Assembly (NCBI GenBank): GCA_964424195.1
Contig: CAYRHT010000002.1
Span: 8,458 to 72,457, forward strand
Length of the DNA stretch: 64,000 nt
Direction of reading: 5' to 3'
Origin: an uncultured Gammaproteobacteria bacterium
Lineage (GTDB): Bacteria; Patescibacteriota; Patescibacteriia; UBA1558; S5-K13
A model generated the notes under the pieces. It was not told the origin of the DNA and made no database searches. It worked only from the letters and a program-made list of their open reading frames with translations. A program made the translations under genes and the position numbers. Within the stretch, counting starts at the first letter, position 1. The number at the start of each line of letters is the position of its first letter. Of this stretch, positions 8,685 to 18,414 are shown one piece after another.

Positions 8685-11183
8685 ATGAATAGATTAAAAC
8701 AATTAAAATATAAATACTATATTGGTGTTATTATAGCTCTGACTATTGTTTTTAGTTCTATTAATTTTGTTCAAGCTGCTACTCCTACTTATGAAAATGC
8801 ACCAACAGCCTCTGAAGTTTTAATAGTTTATAATTCAGCTTATACTACTGATTCAGATACTGATGGTACTCAGGATAGTCAAGAAATAGCTGAATATTAT
8901 GTTACAAATAGACCAGGAGTTAATATTACTTCCATTTCTACTGTTACTAGTGAAACTATTTCTCGAACTAATTATAATTCTCAAATTAGAGATCCTTTAG
9001 AAGCTTATTTAACTGCTCAAGGTTTAACAGATTCTATTAAATTTATAGTTTTAGTCAAAGGTATTCCTTTAAAGATAGTTGCTACTAATGGTGGTTCTTA
9101 TGGTTCTACAGATTATTCTTCAGTAGATTCAGCAGTTTGTTTATTATACGAAGGAGATTATGTTATTAATTGGCGACACCCTAATCCTTATTATAACGCT
9201 GATCCTAGTTATACTAAGGCTTTCCGTTTTGATACTGATCACTTTACTAATGCTTCGGGAGTTACTTTAAATTATTTGGTAACTCGAATAGATGGATATT
9301 CAGTATCAAGTATGGAAGCGATAGTAGATAGAGGAGTGGGAGCTGATACTTCTGGAAATGGTTATTGGGTGATAGATGATAATTTAAAAACTTATGATCA
9401 AATGAGTACGGCTTATACTTATTTAAGTGATTTAAGTAGAAATGTTAATCCTGATCCTTGGTCAGACACTTCTTCTTATATTACAACTAATGCTAGTGGT
9501 TCTGTTATGGGTTACACTTCTCATGGAATTCATGCTTCTATGGGTGATGGTTATGTTTCTAATAGTCCAGTTAATGCTAACTATTTAGACTTTACATTAT
9601 TGAATGGAGCAGTATTCTCTACTTATGAATCATATAATGGATATGGTTTTACTGCTCCTACTCAATCAACTCACGGGCAAGTAGCAGAGTGGATAGAAAT
9701 TGGTGGTTCTGGTGGAGTTGGTAATGTTTATGAACCTTGGGCTTCTACTATCGCTCATGAAGAAATTTTTATGCCAGAATATACTATTGGTTATACTTGG
9801 GCAGAAGCAGCTTATATGTCTTTAGCTTATATGGATTTTGTTTCAGTGGTAATTGGTGATCCTTTAATGACTATTTCAGAAATTATTGCTCCAGCATCAG
9901 TAACAGCGACTAACGCCGTGAATGGAGATAATCAAGTAGCTTTTTCTTGGACTAATCCTGTTGACGCTGATTTTGTAGGAGTAAAAGTAGTTCGAAAGAC
10001 TGGATCTTATCCAGGACATAGTGCTGATGGAACTGTTATCTACAATGGAAGTAATGAATCATATATTGATACAGATGTTGTGAATAATACTACTTATTAT
10101 TACGCAATCTTTGCCTATGATGAAGTACCTAATTATTCTAGCTTAGGAGCTGGTTCCAAAGATAATGCTACACCATCTTCAGATACTACAGCACCAGATT
10201 CAGTAACTAGTATATTTGCTAATCCCGGAAATCATCAAGTAATTTTAACTTGGACTAATCCAACTAACGCTGATTTTGTGGGAGCGAGAGTAATGCGGAA
10301 AGAAGGTTCCTATTCTAGTACTTATGATGATGGAACTTTGGTTTATGATGGATCTAGTAATTCTTGTGTTAGTTCTGGTTTAACAAATGATGTAACTTAT
10401 TATTATACTATTTTTGCTTATGATGGAACTCCTAATTATGCTACTCCGGGAGCAGGAGCTAAGACAACATCTGCTCCTTATTTAACAGAATCAGGTGCAG
10501 AAATTGATGTTCAGCCTCCGGGATCTATTTACAGTTTTTCAGCAATTCCTGGGAATGCTCAAGTTTCTTTATCTTGGACAAATCCTGATGATAGCGACTT
10601 TTCTTTAGTTAAAGTCTTACGAAGAACAGATTATTATCCTCAAAGTTTTTCTAATGGTATTTTAATAACAAGTGTTAGTAGCACTACTACTTCATATACT
10701 GATACTGATGTAGTAAATGATACAACTTATTTCTATACTGCTTTTGCTTGTGATGTTTCTTTAAATTGTTCAGTGCTAACTTCTAATGCTCAAGATTATG
10801 CTACTCCTTGTGATGGTTCTTGTTCAGATACTAGTCCAGAAACAGCTCCTACTTATTCCCTATCTGAACCAGATATTTCTCCGCCAGTAGCTATTACAAA
10901 TTTTGACGCAGTTGCTGGTGATGAGAGTGCTAGTTTAACTTGGACAAATCCATTTGGAGATGATGATTGGGTTGGTACAATAGTAGTTAGAAAAACAGAT
11001 TCCTATCCTAATAGTTATACTGATGGTACTCAGATATATAACGGTCAAAATGGAGGATTTTATACTGATACAGGTTTAAGTAATGGAACTACTTATTATT
11101 ATGGAGCCTTTGCGTATGATACGGCTGGTAATTATACTGCTTCTAGTACTGACTCTAGTGATTTAGCAACACCAAGTGAATAA
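8685..11183 (+). CDS. Secreted TIGR03790-family protein with four fibronectin type III-like repeats
   Basis: Signal peptide ending VQA. TIGR03790-type motifs VLIVYN..DSQEIAEYY, GIPLKI, SSVDS, NPYY, YLVTRIDG, GNVYEP, AEAAY...IGDPL. Four WTNP...YTDT...NxxTYYY FN3-like repeats. Confidence 0.75.
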   Translation: MNRLKQLKYKYYIGVIIALTIVFSSINFVQAATPTYENAPTASEVLIVYNSAYTTDSDTDGTQDSQEIAEYYVTNRPGVNITSISTVTSETISRTNYNSQIRDPLEAYLTAQGLTDSIKFIVLVKGIPLKIVATNGGSYGSTDYSSVDSAVCLLYEGDYVINWRHPNPYYNADPSYTKAFRFDTDHFTNASGVTLNYLVTRIDGYSVSSMEAIVDRGVGADTSGNGYWVIDDNLKTYDQMSTAYTYLSDLSRNVNPDPWSDTSSYITTNASGSVMGYTSHGIHASMGDGYVSNSPVNANYLDFTLLNGAVFSTYESYNGYGFTAPTQSTHGQVAEWIEIGGSGGVGNVYEPWASTIAHEEIFMPEYTIGYTWAEAAYMSLAYMDFVSVVIGDPLMTISEIIAPASVTATNAVNGDNQVAFSWTNPVDADFVGVKVVRKTGSYPGHSADGTVIYNGSNESYIDTDVVNNTTYYYAIFAYDEVPNYSSLGAGSKDNATPSSDTTAPDSVTSIFANPGNHQVILTWTNPTNADFVGARVMRKEGSYSSTYDDGTLVYDGSSNSCVSSGLTNDVTYYYTIFAYDGTPNYATPGAGAKTTSAPYLTESGAEIDVQPPGSIYSFSAIPGNAQVSLSWTNPDDSDFSLVKVLRRTDYYPQSFSNGILITSVSSTTTSYTDTDVVNDTTYFYTAFACDVSLNCSVLTSNAQDYATPCDGSCSDTSPETAPTYSLSEPDISPPVAITNFDAVAGDESASLTWTNPFGDDDWVGTIVVRKTDSYPNSYTDGTQIYNGQNGGFYTDTGLSNGTTYYYGAFAYDTAGNYTASSTDSSDLATPSE

Positions 11184-11185
11184 AT

Positions 11186-12163
11186 ATGAAATTAAACAAA
11201 CAAAAAATAGTTCTATTGATAATTTTAATGCTAATAGTAGTAATCTCTTTATTTTTTATATTCAAGAAAGAAAAATATTTTATACTATATATAGAAGGTT
11301 TAGATCAGGGAGTTTTAAAGCAATATTCAACAGAAGATTTACCAAATTTGAAGTCTTTGTTCAGTGCCGATTTAAATTCAGAAATTGCTTTAAACAAGGA
11401 GTCAAGTTTTTTAACAATTTTATCAGGGGAGTATAAATATGGATCTTTTGATCAGAAGGATCCAAATAAATATATTGTTAGTAAAAAAAAGGTAGATAAT
11501 TTAGGATTATTTTATCAAACAAATCTATATCAAAATGTTAGAGAAAATAATTTATCTTTTAGATTTTTAGAAAGAATAGAAAAAATTTTAAAGCTGGATA
11601 AATTTAAAGAGGATATAATTGTTTATTTAACTAATTTGGAAAATAATGATTTAAATTCTTATCAAGAGATTGATGGCTTAGTAGCTCAAATAGAAAAGAA
11701 AATCGGTTTTAACACTAGATTATTAATTATTACTCCTAATTATGAAGAAGAAAATAGTTTTAGAGAAATTAATGAAAACTTAATAGATAAAGGATTTTTA
11801 ACTTGTCCCGATAACTTTCAAGACTTGTCAGAATGTGATTTAGCTAATTCTTTTGCTTATAGTCCTGCTCCAGGTGAAGTATATATTAACAAAAAAGGTC
11901 GAGAAGAGTTGGGTCGAGTAGATTGGGATTATGAAGGAGTCATTGAAGATACAGCTTATGTTTTAACTTCTGAAATAGAAGAGAAAGATTTAAGGATGTA
12001 TAAGAGTAGAAATTATTTTCAACAAAAAGATGTACCAGAAATATTTGTTTTTGAAAAACAAAGGGAAGAAAAGGGTATAATGCTATCGAACAAAAAATTT
12101 ACTCAGGATAAATATGATTATTTAGAAATTTTAAACTTAATTAACTTAATTAAAAATGATTAA
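11186..12163 (+). CDS. Membrane-anchored, degenerate alkaline phosphatase/phosphodiesterase-superfamily protein
   Basis: N-terminal TM helix. ILYIEGLD...LPNL and AYS...VYINKKGRE..GRV resemble type I phosphodiesterase-like proteins, but metal-binding motifs are not evident. Confidence 0.45.
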   Translation: MKLNKQKIVLLIILMLIVVISLFFIFKKEKYFILYIEGLDQGVLKQYSTEDLPNLKSLFSADLNSEIALNKESSFLTILSGEYKYGSFDQKDPNKYIVSKKKVDNLGLFYQTNLYQNVRENNLSFRFLERIEKILKLDKFKEDIIVYLTNLENNDLNSYQEIDGLVAQIEKKIGFNTRLLIITPNYEEENSFREINENLIDKGFLTCPDNFQDLSECDLANSFAYSPAPGEVYINKKGREELGRVDWDYEGVIEDTAYVLTSEIEEKDLRMYKSRNYFQQKDVPEIFVFEKQREEKGIMLSNKKFTQDKYDYLEILNLINLIKND

Positions 12164-15100
12164 TAAATTAAAACAATTAGATTATCGTTATTATATTGGA
12201 ATAATAGTTATTGCTATTGCAATAGTTTTTGGTTTAATTTTTATTTTACGAGCTCCAAAGTCAGCTGAAGCTGAATGGTTTAATGATGGCTGGTATTATC
12301 GAAAATCTATTCCAGTCACTAATAATACTACAACAGAAATGAACGTTTATGTTTCTGTTACCATTGATACTTCAGATACTACTAAATTTCAAACAGATTG
12401 TGATGATGTGCGTTTTACTAATAGTGCTGGTAATAGATTTCCTTATTATCTTGTTTCAGGTTGTGGTACAGACACAACAGTAATTCATGTTTATTTTAAT
12501 AACCTTGATGCTGGTTTACAAAATATTTATTATTATTATGGTAATTCATCTGTAGAACAAGGTTCTGTTGGTTCAAATTTTTCTACGGTAGCTTCTGATT
12601 ATACAATTGGAACTATTACTAGTGAGGAACAATCTGAAGTACCAATAGCTTATTGGTCATTTGATGAAGGTTATGGAACTATTGCTCATGATAATACTTC
12701 TAGTAAAAATCATGGGACTTTAACAAATATGACCACCACTGGTATTTCTACAGCTTGGGTAGATGGTAAGTTCGGAAAAGGATTGAAGTTCGGTGATCAT
12801 AATTATGATAATTTAGCATTAGAAGAGGAGATAGGTTTTAGTGATGGAGATGAACATACTTTATCTTTTTGGATAAAGAATGATGGTACAAATACTTACA
12901 TCACTGTAGCTGGGAAAGAAACTGAGAATGGAAATTCAATTTATATTATTGATAATAGTGTAAATTATATATTTTATTTTCGAAGTGCAACTCAAAAACA
13001 ATTAGTGTCAGGAGTGGATACAACAGTTTTGTTTGATAAGAATTGGCATCAAGTTGTAATGACTGTGAATTCTAGTAAGCTATGTTCAGTTTATTTTGAT
13101 GGTAAATTACAGGGATCAGCAACTTTGACTACTTCAGATATGATTTATAGTTCTATTGGTTCAGGAATAAATGCTTTTCAAGTTGATGGCATAATGGACG
13201 AAGTTAAAATATATAATTATGTCTTATCAGCTTCGCAAGTTAAAAAATCTTATTCTTCTAGGTCTAAGAATTTTACAGCTATGAATTTATCTAAGTCAAA
13301 AAAAGATGCTCAGAATAAAAGAAATGTGGGTCTAGTTGGTTTCTGGAAAATGGATGAGGATTCTTGGGATAGTACAGCCAATGAAGTAATTGATTATTCA
13401 GGACTAGGAAATCATGGTACCAGTTATGCTGATGCTACTACAACTTCTAGTGCTAGATATAATAGAGCGGGAGAATTTGATGGAACGGGAGATTATATTA
13501 GTTGTGGTAGTGATAGTAGTTTAGATATGGGTGACGGCAGTTTAACTATTGGAACATGGATTAAAGCAGATAATGTGGATAATTATATGGGTATTATTAA
13601 TAAGAGTGCTTTGGGAGGTAGTCTTGGTTGGGGCATGGGAATAACTAATGGCAAAGTTAGATGTGAAATCCATGATGGAAGTAGAGCTTGGACTGAATAT
13701 GATACAACAATTGAAATCGATACTTGGTATTATATTATGGCTGTATTTGATAGAGGGGATGATAAAATAAAAGTTTATATTAACGGTAATAAAGAAAGTA
13801 CGGAGCTAGATATAACAGGTAAGGGATCAATAACTGGTTCTAACTGTTACATAGGTAGTCTTAATACTTCTGCTTGGATTTTCGATGGACAAGTTGATCA
13901 TGTTAAAGTTTGGAAACGAGCATTGACTACTAAAGAAATATCAGAAGAATATGTTACTGGACCAGCTCCAGTTGCTTATTGGTCCATGGATCAGATTGAC
14001 GGTACTACGGTTGTTGATCAGTCGGGAATGGGTAATGATTGTACTATGGATGGAGGAGTAACTAAAAATAATAATTGGAAGCCTGGGAAAGTAGGTCAGG
14101 CTTTATCATTTAAAGACGATGCTGATGCTCATCTTGATTGTGGTAATGATTCTAGTTTAGATATTACTGGAGCTATTACCATAGAATCTTGGGTTAAACC
14201 AGATTCATATGATTTTGCTTATCCTATGTTTCTTTCTAAGGCAGGATCATATTATAGAACTGGTTTAGCTGCTGCAGGTGATGGAAGAGTATTTTTTAGA
14301 GTGAGAGTTGGTGGTGCGTATAAAACAGCCTATTCCTCTTCAGACGTCCCTTTGAATGAATGGACTCATGTTATAGGAACTTATGATGGAGAATATATGA
14401 GAGTTTATGTAAATGGTATTTTAAATGGAACTCCCTTAGCTCTATCAGGTAATATTGAGACTAATGTTGCTTCATTAATAGTAGGTTCAGCTTCTTTTGA
14501 TGGAGATTTAGATGAAATTAAACTTTATAATTATGCTCTTACTCCATATCAAATAGCTCAAGCATATGGTAATGGAGCTCCACTTACTTATTGGTCATTT
14601 GATGAGGGACAAGGAACTACTGCTTATGATAGTTTAGGGAGTAAAAATCATGGAACTTTAACTAATATGACTACTACCGGAGTTTCTTCAGCTTGGGTAG
14701 ATGGAAAGTTTGGAAAGGGTTTGAGATTTGATGGTAGTGATGATTATATTGATGCAGGTGATTTTTTAGATAATGGTGAAACAACGGTTAGTTTATGGTT
14801 TAGAAGTAGTTATCAAGGAACACATAATGGTCTAATAGATTTTGCTGGATCTAGTGGTATTGGACATTTTGATTTTAATCATTCTGGAGACGATAGACCT
14901 ATTTTATATTTAGATTCTACTAATTTTCGTTATTTTGATGCTTCAGCCACAGATTATATGGATGGAGAATGGCATTATTTAGTACTATATATACCAGGGT
15001 CAGACATGGATGATGTTTCAAGTGCAACATTAAGTATTGATAATGTTAATATACCATCATCTAGCACATCTGCCGCCGGAACTCAGGATACTTGGAATGA

Positions 15101-17228
15101 TTTATATATTGGTAAAACTAATTATGGTTCTTTTAATGGTGATCTAGATGAAGTTAAAATATATAATTATCAACTTACTCCTTTTGATATTGAAAAAGAG
15201 TTTGTCTCTTCTAGAGGAAAGAAACAAACTGGGCTTAATTTATCTAAATCAGAACAAGATAATGAGAGTGCTCAAGTCGAAGGTTTAGTAGCTCATTGGA
15301 AAATGGATGAAGCTTCTTGGGATGGTACAGCTGATGAGGTAATAGATTATTCAGGCTTAGGAAATCATGGAGTGTCAGCAGATGATGCTCATACTACAAC
15401 TACTGCTAGGTATAATAGAGCGGGGGGATTTGATGGAACAGATGATAGGATTACGATTGCCAATGATGATTCTTTAAATCCATCATCGGCAATTACTATC
15501 TCAGCTTGGTTTTATGCTAATTCTTTTGATGGTGATAGTATTAGTGGCAATTGTATTTTATCAAAGGGTGCTAGTACTAATGGTTATTGGTTAGTTGTGG
15601 GTAGTGGAAAAGCTCATTTTAAATGGGGAAGTTATTTAACTAATGATCTTGATTCAGATACCTTTAATCCAACTACTGGAGAATGGCATCATATTTTAAT
15701 ATCTTATGATGGAAATCATGGTATTTTTTATTATGATGGAAATGAAGTTGGAGAAGGAGATATGACTAAGGGTGATAACAATACTAGTTCTATGTCTCTG
15801 GGTTATTATATTAGTCCAGTCCCAAATCATTTTGATGGAGCTTTAGATAATGTGAAGATTTGGAATCGTGCTTTGTCTCCTACAGAAGCAGTAAATGAAT
15901 ATCATAAAATATTATCTCCAGTTGGTTATTGGTCAATGGATAATATTGATGGAATTACAGTTACTGATGATTCAGGAATGGGAAATGATTGTACTATGGA
16001 TGGAGAATTAAACAAGGCTGATGATTGGAAGCCAGGAAAAGTAGGGCAATCTCTATTTTTTGAAAATTGTTATAATGGAGGTCAATGTGAAGGGCATCAC
16101 TTAGAATGTGGTAATGATTCTAGTTTAGATATCGAAGGGGCAATTACTGTTGAGCAATGGGTAAAACCAAACTCCTTTACTTATTATCCAATCTTTATGA
16201 GAAAACCAAGCGATCTTTATCGGATTGGTTTAAGAGGTACAAATCCTACAGAAAATTTAGGAGATGGTCGGGTATATTGGAGAATTAAGATTGGTGGAGT
16301 AGCTAAAGCTAAGAGTGGTGCTATTTATATTCCTTCAAATGAGTGGAGTCATGTAGTTGGGACTTATGATGGAGAATATATGAGGCTTTATATAAATGGT
16401 GTGTTAGACGGTGCACCTTATGCTGTGACTGGGGATATAGATGTTTCTACTTATGATTTGATAGTAGGCGCTTATAATCTTTCCGGTAATTATACTTTTG
16501 ATGGTGACATGGATGAAGTTAAACTTTATAATTATGCTCTTACTTCTCATCAAGTAGCTCAAGCATATAATAATGGTAAACCGATTGCTCATTGGACATT
16601 TAATGAAGGAGAAGGTGATGTAGTAAAAAATAAAATAAATAATACTTATCATGGAGATATAGTTAATGCTACTTATGTTTCTGGTAAATCTGATACTGCT
16701 TTAAATTTTGATGGAGATGGAGATTATATTGATTTTGATAATACTGAAGATGATACTTTTTATCCTACTACTACTTATGAATCAGTAACTATTGCTACTT
16801 GGATGAAATTAAATACAGCCAGTCAAGAATCAGCTGTGGTTGGAAGATTTGATTCAGTTGGATCTAATCATTGGTATAATTATGGTTCGGGTATAAAATA
16901 TGTTAATGGAGCTGTGAAAGTGATGGGAATGTCTAATGCAAATAATCCTTTATTAAGTTATGATTTAACAGATACAAGTTCTTGGCATCATGTTGTAGCT
17001 ATTGTGAATACAACAGATGGTAAGTTATATGTAGACGGTATTTTGAGAGATAGCGGAGATTTAAGTTCAAATGGCGGTTATGATTTTGCTATTGGAGCTC
17101 AAACTAATGCTGGAACTAGTTTTTACTTTGATGGGCAATTGGATGAAGTAAAAATATGGAATTATGGCTTAAGTCCATTAGATGTTCAAAATGATTATAA
17201 TCTAGGGAAAGGGGTGTTTTTTAAGTAG
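12156..17228 (+). CDS. Secreted DUF2341 + seven LamG/concanavalin-like domain protein
   Basis: WFNDGWYYRKSI...DCDDVRFT...YYYYGN (DUF2341), then seven units each starting (Y/F/H)W(S/K/T)(F/M)(D/N) and ending D(E/H/N)(V/I)K..N/K. Confidence 0.85.
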   Translation: MINKLKQLDYRYYIGIIVIAIAIVFGLIFILRAPKSAEAEWFNDGWYYRKSIPVTNNTTTEMNVYVSVTIDTSDTTKFQTDCDDVRFTNSAGNRFPYYLVSGCGTDTTVIHVYFNNLDAGLQNIYYYYGNSSVEQGSVGSNFSTVASDYTIGTITSEEQSEVPIAYWSFDEGYGTIAHDNTSSKNHGTLTNMTTTGISTAWVDGKFGKGLKFGDHNYDNLALEEEIGFSDGDEHTLSFWIKNDGTNTYITVAGKETENGNSIYIIDNSVNYIFYFRSATQKQLVSGVDTTVLFDKNWHQVVMTVNSSKLCSVYFDGKLQGSATLTTSDMIYSSIGSGINAFQVDGIMDEVKIYNYVLSASQVKKSYSSRSKNFTAMNLSKSKKDAQNKRNVGLVGFWKMDEDSWDSTANEVIDYSGLGNHGTSYADATTTSSARYNRAGEFDGTGDYISCGSDSSLDMGDGSLTIGTWIKADNVDNYMGIINKSALGGSLGWGMGITNGKVRCEIHDGSRAWTEYDTTIEIDTWYYIMAVFDRGDDKIKVYINGNKESTELDITGKGSITGSNCYIGSLNTSAWIFDGQVDHVKVWKRALTTKEISEEYVTGPAPVAYWSMDQIDGTTVVDQSGMGNDCTMDGGVTKNNNWKPGKVGQALSFKDDADAHLDCGNDSSLDITGAITIESWVKPDSYDFAYPMFLSKAGSYYRTGLAAAGDGRVFFRVRVGGAYKTAYSSSDVPLNEWTHVIGTYDGEYMRVYVNGILNGTPLALSGNIETNVASLIVGSASFDGDLDEIKLYNYALTPYQIAQAYGNGAPLTYWSFDEGQGTTAYDSLGSKNHGTLTNMTTTGVSSAWVDGKFGKGLRFDGSDDYIDAGDFLDNGETTVSLWFRSSYQGTHNGLIDFAGSSGIGHFDFNHSGDDRPILYLDSTNFRYFDASATDYMDGEWHYLVLYIPGSDMDDVSSATLSIDNVNIPSSSTSAAGTQDTWNDLYIGKTNYGSFNGDLDEVKIYNYQLTPFDIEKEFVSSRGKKQTGLNLSKSEQDNESAQVEGLVAHWKMDEASWDGTADEVIDYSGLGNHGVSADDAHTTTTARYNRAGGFDGTDDRITIANDDSLNPSSAITISAWFYANSFDGDSISGNCILSKGASTNGYWLVVGSGKAHFKWGSYLTNDLDSDTFNPTTGEWHHILISYDGNHGIFYYDGNEVGEGDMTKGDNNTSSMSLGYYISPVPNHFDGALDNVKIWNRALSPTEAVNEYHKILSPVGYWSMDNIDGITVTDDSGMGNDCTMDGELNKADDWKPGKVGQSLFFENCYNGGQCEGHHLECGNDSSLDIEGAITVEQWVKPNSFTYYPIFMRKPSDLYRIGLRGTNPTENLGDGRVYWRIKIGGVAKAKSGAIYIPSNEWSHVVGTYDGEYMRLYINGVLDGAPYAVTGDIDVSTYDLIVGAYNLSGNYTFDGDMDEVKLYNYALTSHQVAQAYNNGKPIAHWTFNEGEGDVVKNKINNTYHGDIVNATYVSGKSDTALNFDGDGDYIDFDNTEDDTFYPTTTYESVTIATWMKLNTASQESAVVGRFDSVGSNHWYNYGSGIKYVNGAVKVMGMSNANNPLLSYDLTDTSSWHHVVAIVNTTDGKLYVDGILRDSGDLSSNGGYDFAIGAQTNAGTSFYFDGQLDEVKIWNYGLSPLDVQNDYNLGKGVFFK

Positions 17229-17331
17229 TATAGCTCTCTTTAAAAAAATAAAATTCTATGCTAATATAATAGTATATTTAAATAATTTACAATTAAATCC
17301 CTTATTTAAAGGGTAAAAGGAAGATAAAATT

Positions 17332-17808
17332 ATGGACAAAAAAATAACAGCAGATGTCAAAATTTCTGACTCTGGAAAGAAAAAAGGATTTTTTAGATGG
17401 TTAATTGTTTTAATCATTGTTCTTTTAATTATTCTTGCTGGTCTCTTTGTTGTTTCTAAAGTTACTGGTTGGGATATTTTAGGTTTTAATGAAAATGTTG
17501 ACGGAGAATGGCAAGCAGTATTCCTATCAAATGGCCAAGTCTATTTTGGACAAGCTAAGAATGAAAATTCAGATACGGTTAATTTAAAAGATATTTATTA
17601 TTTACAAGTTACTAAGGACTTGCAACCAGCAGAGGGTAATACTGAACAAAATGAATTATCTTTAGTTAAGTTAGGAAACGAATTACATGGACCGGAAGAT
17701 CAAATGAGAATCAATAGAGCTCATATTTTATTTATTGAAGATTTGAAACCAGAAGGTAAAGTAGTAAGGGCAATTCAAAAATATAAAGAAAATGAAGTAG
17801 TAGAGTAA
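17332..17808 (+). CDS. Conserved CPR single-TM hypothetical protein
   Basis: One TM helix, then WQAVFLSNGQVYFG...LVKLGNELHGPED..INR.HILFIE, a motif set recognised from Parcubacteria proteins. Confidence 0.7.
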   Translation: MDKKITADVKISDSGKKKGFFRWLIVLIIVLLIILAGLFVVSKVTGWDILGFNENVDGEWQAVFLSNGQVYFGQAKNENSDTVNLKDIYYLQVTKDLQPAEGNTEQNELSLVKLGNELHGPEDQMRINRAHILFIEDLKPEGKVVRAIQKYKENEVVE

Positions 17809-17824
17809 TCTATTTAAACTATAT

Positions 17825-17857
17825 AAAACAGAGTCATTTATTTGACTCTGTTTTTTT
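17825..17857 (+). terminator. Intrinsic terminator
   Basis: aaaacagagtca-tttatt-tgactctgttttttt hairpin with T-tract just after the 17808 stop. Confidence 0.85.
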
Positions 17858-17867
17858 ATCTCTAACC

Positions 17868-17922
17868 ATAAAGTACAAAGTACTACTATATACTTTACAC
17901 TTTATATATTTTATAATATAAT
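17868..17922 (+). promoter_or_regulatory. Sigma70-type promoter with overlapping imperfect inverted repeat (candidate operator)
   Basis: TTTACA(17894-99)-N17-TATAAT(17917-22). Inverted repeat ataaagtacaaagta / tactttacactttat (17868-82 / 17891-905). Confidence 0.55.
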
Positions 17923-17965
17923 TATAAACAGAGGAGAGGATAAATTTTTTATTTCTAATTTTCTA

Positions 17966-18193
17966 ATGCATTTATTAAAAATAGGACAATTAGCTCAAGA
18001 GATAGATAGATTACCATCAGCTATTCATTTCTATACTCAAGAAGGTTTGATTAAACCCAACTCATATACTAAAGGTGGGTATCGTTTGTATGAAAAAAAT
18101 CAGGCTATTAAAAGAATTAAATTAATAGAAAGGTTACAATTTCAAAAGAGATGGAGGATTGAAGAAATAAAAACTTACTTAAAAAATAAATAA
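17966..18193 (+). CDS. Stand-alone MerR-family HTH regulator
   Basis: LKIGQLA...SAIHFYTQEGLI.P...GGYRLY...I..LQ...W.IEEIK is a MerR winged HTH; there is no effector domain. Confidence 0.85.
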   Translation: MHLLKIGQLAQEIDRLPSAIHFYTQEGLIKPNSYTKGGYRLYEKNQAIKRIKLIERLQFQKRWRIEEIKTYLKNK

Positions 18194-18202
18194 TATAAGA
18201 AT

Positions 18203-18337
18203 ATGAAAAAAAACTGTTATCAATGTGATAATTATGATTGGACTAAGCAAAAGATTAAAAATAGGACTACTATTGTTAGAAGTCATCGTTCTCAGAAGGC
18301 TAGTTTATTAGATCATATTAGGTCTTTGCTTTTCTAA
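18203..18337 (+). CDS. Putative 44-aa small protein with CxxC (not in ORF track)
   Basis: ATG 9 nt after the merR stop; MKKNCYQCDNYDWTKQKIKNRTTIVRSHRSQKASLLDHIRSLLF*. Confidence 0.45.
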   Translation: MKKNCYQCDNYDWTKQKIKNRTTIVRSHRSQKASLLDHIRSLLF

Positions 18338-18414
18338 CTATTTATTTGCTTTATTGTTAATTTTGGTGTTAAATAAAGTAATTAATAGTAAATTTGTAAT
18401 ATAATATAATTTTT

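Noticed and set aside
1104-16577. Diversity-generating retroelement TR/VR pair among the intragenic repeats
   Set aside because: No reverse transcriptase is in the window; both copies of each repeat are in-frame coding units and the mismatches are not adenine-specific.
1-17228. Prophage, suggested by tail-fibre-like domains
   Set aside because: No capsid, terminase, portal or integrase genes are nearby; the neighbours have signal peptides and look like cellular surface proteins.
18338-18414. T-box riboswitch upstream of ileS
   Set aside because: The leader is too short and has no T-box consensus or terminator.
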